A stretch of DNA of 64,000 bases from Selaginella moellendorffii (Eukaryota; Plantae; Lycopodiophyta): assembly GCF_000143415.4 (NCBI RefSeq), contig NW_003314330.1:558001-622000 (forward strand). The letters run 5' to 3'. The notes under the pieces are model-generated. The model did no database searches. It saw only the letters and a list, made by a program, of their open reading frames with translations, and was not told where the DNA came from. Within the stretch, counting starts at the first letter, position 1. Each line of letters starts with the position of its first letter. This document shows, piece after piece, positions 62,323 through 64,000 of this stretch. Both the position numbers and the translations under genes were made by a program.

Positions 62323-63744
62323 ATGTCGGTACCATTCGAGCTCGTGGACGAAGAGGAAATGCAAGCGATCGAGGCCGCGCTGCGGCAGGCTAGCGCTTTC
62401 CATCGCAGCAGGATGCTGGCGGCAGCGGCACGAGCTCAATCGAGCCTGGTTCTGGTGGGTGCGAGCGAAATATTTTCGATTGTTTCGTGTTTTGAGCGTT
62501 TCGGGCATAGAATGTGTCATCGGAGGTGAGAGACATTGAGGATTCGGCGCCATTGCCAGCGGCATTGCGATTTCCATTGAAGAAGAGCCTGTGTGTGACC
62601 GACATGACGGCATTGGTGAGCAAAGCAATGCTAGTTTTTAAGATTTGTTGCTGAGTTGATTGACAGGAATGGTGTGAGAAACAAGTGGAGTTTTCTTTCT
62701 TGCGTGGGAAGCCTCCGAAAACTTCCGCAATGCAAGCCGGGAGCGCCCGGCACGTAGAGCTCGAATCAGAGGTAGCATTTTTTTCTTCGGCTTTCCTTCG
62801 TTTACTTCCTTTCGTTTCCAAAGCAGGTTGTTAAGAGAGTGGATGTTGATATACGAACGAGAGAAGATTTCTGGGCTGTTCGATTCATCAATTATTTGGT
62901 TGGCACTAGGCAGCTTCTAGCCGAAGGCCTCACGAGAGAACTTCCCATGTAAGCTAGAACAAAAGACTAGAACATGAGCTTGCTTCTTACAATCTTTGTT
63001 TTTGCAGAGTAGCATTTGTGGAAGGCAACTGGTGGACTGGTATCATTGACGAGTTGATGCTACCCGAAGGTAGTGCCGGACCTCGCCTAATTGATACGAA
63101 AACACGCTTACGTCAGTCTCTTCCATCCGACGCTCAAAAACGAAATGGAAGGTGCTCGTCTGTGTGTCTTTGCACGCTGATAGTATTCTTTGTGGCTTTA
63201 CAGGTTGCAGCTAATGTGCTACAAACTTCTGTGGGACACATTGTGCGAGCAAGCTATCCCTTTGGATGAGTTTTTCTCAAACTTTGAGCTCGATCCTCTA
63301 CAGGAGCTGTCCCTTAGCATAAGGTCGCATATTGTTGACATAAAGCTCAGCTCTAAAGTAAGTGCATGCTATGTGACTCGTTTTCTGATAAATAGCTGGT
63401 TTTGAAAAGGTGGATTGTTTGAAGGAATTACTCGGCGTTCTTCAAGAAAGTTGTACTGTCCTTCCTCTTGCTGACCAGCTATTGAAGCTAAGGTATGACT
63501 CGTTTGGAAATTCACCTCTATAGAAAAAACCTTTTGGTCTGCCAGATACGAGTGGCAAGTTGATCGCTCTTTAATTGGCGAGGAGGAGTTTATGTTTGAC
63601 CCCGACTGGTTGAAACAGAGAATCCAGTTCCATCTGCAGTTTTGGAATGGTAGGAGGGAGTCACATCTTGTGTCGCAGAGCGACGAGTGGAAGTGCAGAT
63701 TTTGTGCATTTGCTGACCGATGCAAAAGTGAAAATCAACGCTGA
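62323..63744 (+). CDS. EXO5: Exonuclease V (EXO5/DEM1 family, 4Fe-4S), multi-exon
   Basis: VPFELVDEEEM, LCVTD..EWCEKQ, TRELP, GIIDEL, LIDTKTR, LQLMCYK, FWNGRRE..WKCRFCAFADRC. Confidence 0.9.
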
Positions 63745-64000
63745 TTCATGCTGCGTGGCTTGCATGACTCTCACGGCAAGCTCAAGGTCCGTGTATGTTT
63801 GGAACTGCTCCTTCTAAGTGTGCTTCACCATATAGGTGGAGGAACTTCGATCTCGTTTGAATTCATGTAGACGTTCTACCGTTTAGACAATTTTGGAGTC
63901 AAAGGCGAGGTAAACTTTTGATGCATTTTTGCGTCTACGGTCTTAACGAAGCATTCAGTCCGTGACGAGCTTACCAACGACTAGAGCAGATCAATCGTTC

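Overview
Eukaryotic nuclear DNA from a compact land-plant genome. The ~50-70 nt introns, tiny intergenic spacers, GC-AG introns and CVNH/RNF32/TEX261 genes best fit a lycophyte such as Selaginella (inference). Layout: (1) 1-9.1 kb is a decayed minus-strand Helitron (Rep, RPA-like OB-fold gene, captured RCL1/PPR/DExH fragments, a nested TRIM). (2) 9.4-18.6 kb is gene-dense: TEX261/Svp26-like, an ectodomain-less pseudo-RLK, inositol monophosphatase, mini-ATI1, GT64/EPC1, RNF32-like and a Pro/Phe-rich secreted peptide. (3) 18.7-42 kb holds CVNH pseudogenes and a nest of LTR elements: solo LTR, two 5S-bearing Cassandra TRIMs, a second TRIM, and a Ty3/gypsy containing a chromovirus and a LARD-like element. 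(4) 42-52.5 kb holds a GDSL lipase and the junction and second copy of a tandem duplication with breakpoints in RNF32 intron 2 and GNOM intron 1. This creates an apparently in-frame chimeric gene, GNOM DCB domain::RING-IQ-RING. (5) 51.6-63.7 kb holds GNOM, a Pro/Phe-rich peptide, an NCL exchanger, tRNA-Val, a DUF1336 protein and EXO5. Best leads: the GNOM::RNF32 chimera, the Pro/Phe-rich peptide plus cyanovirin cluster, and the Cassandra elements. All exon structures were read by eye.
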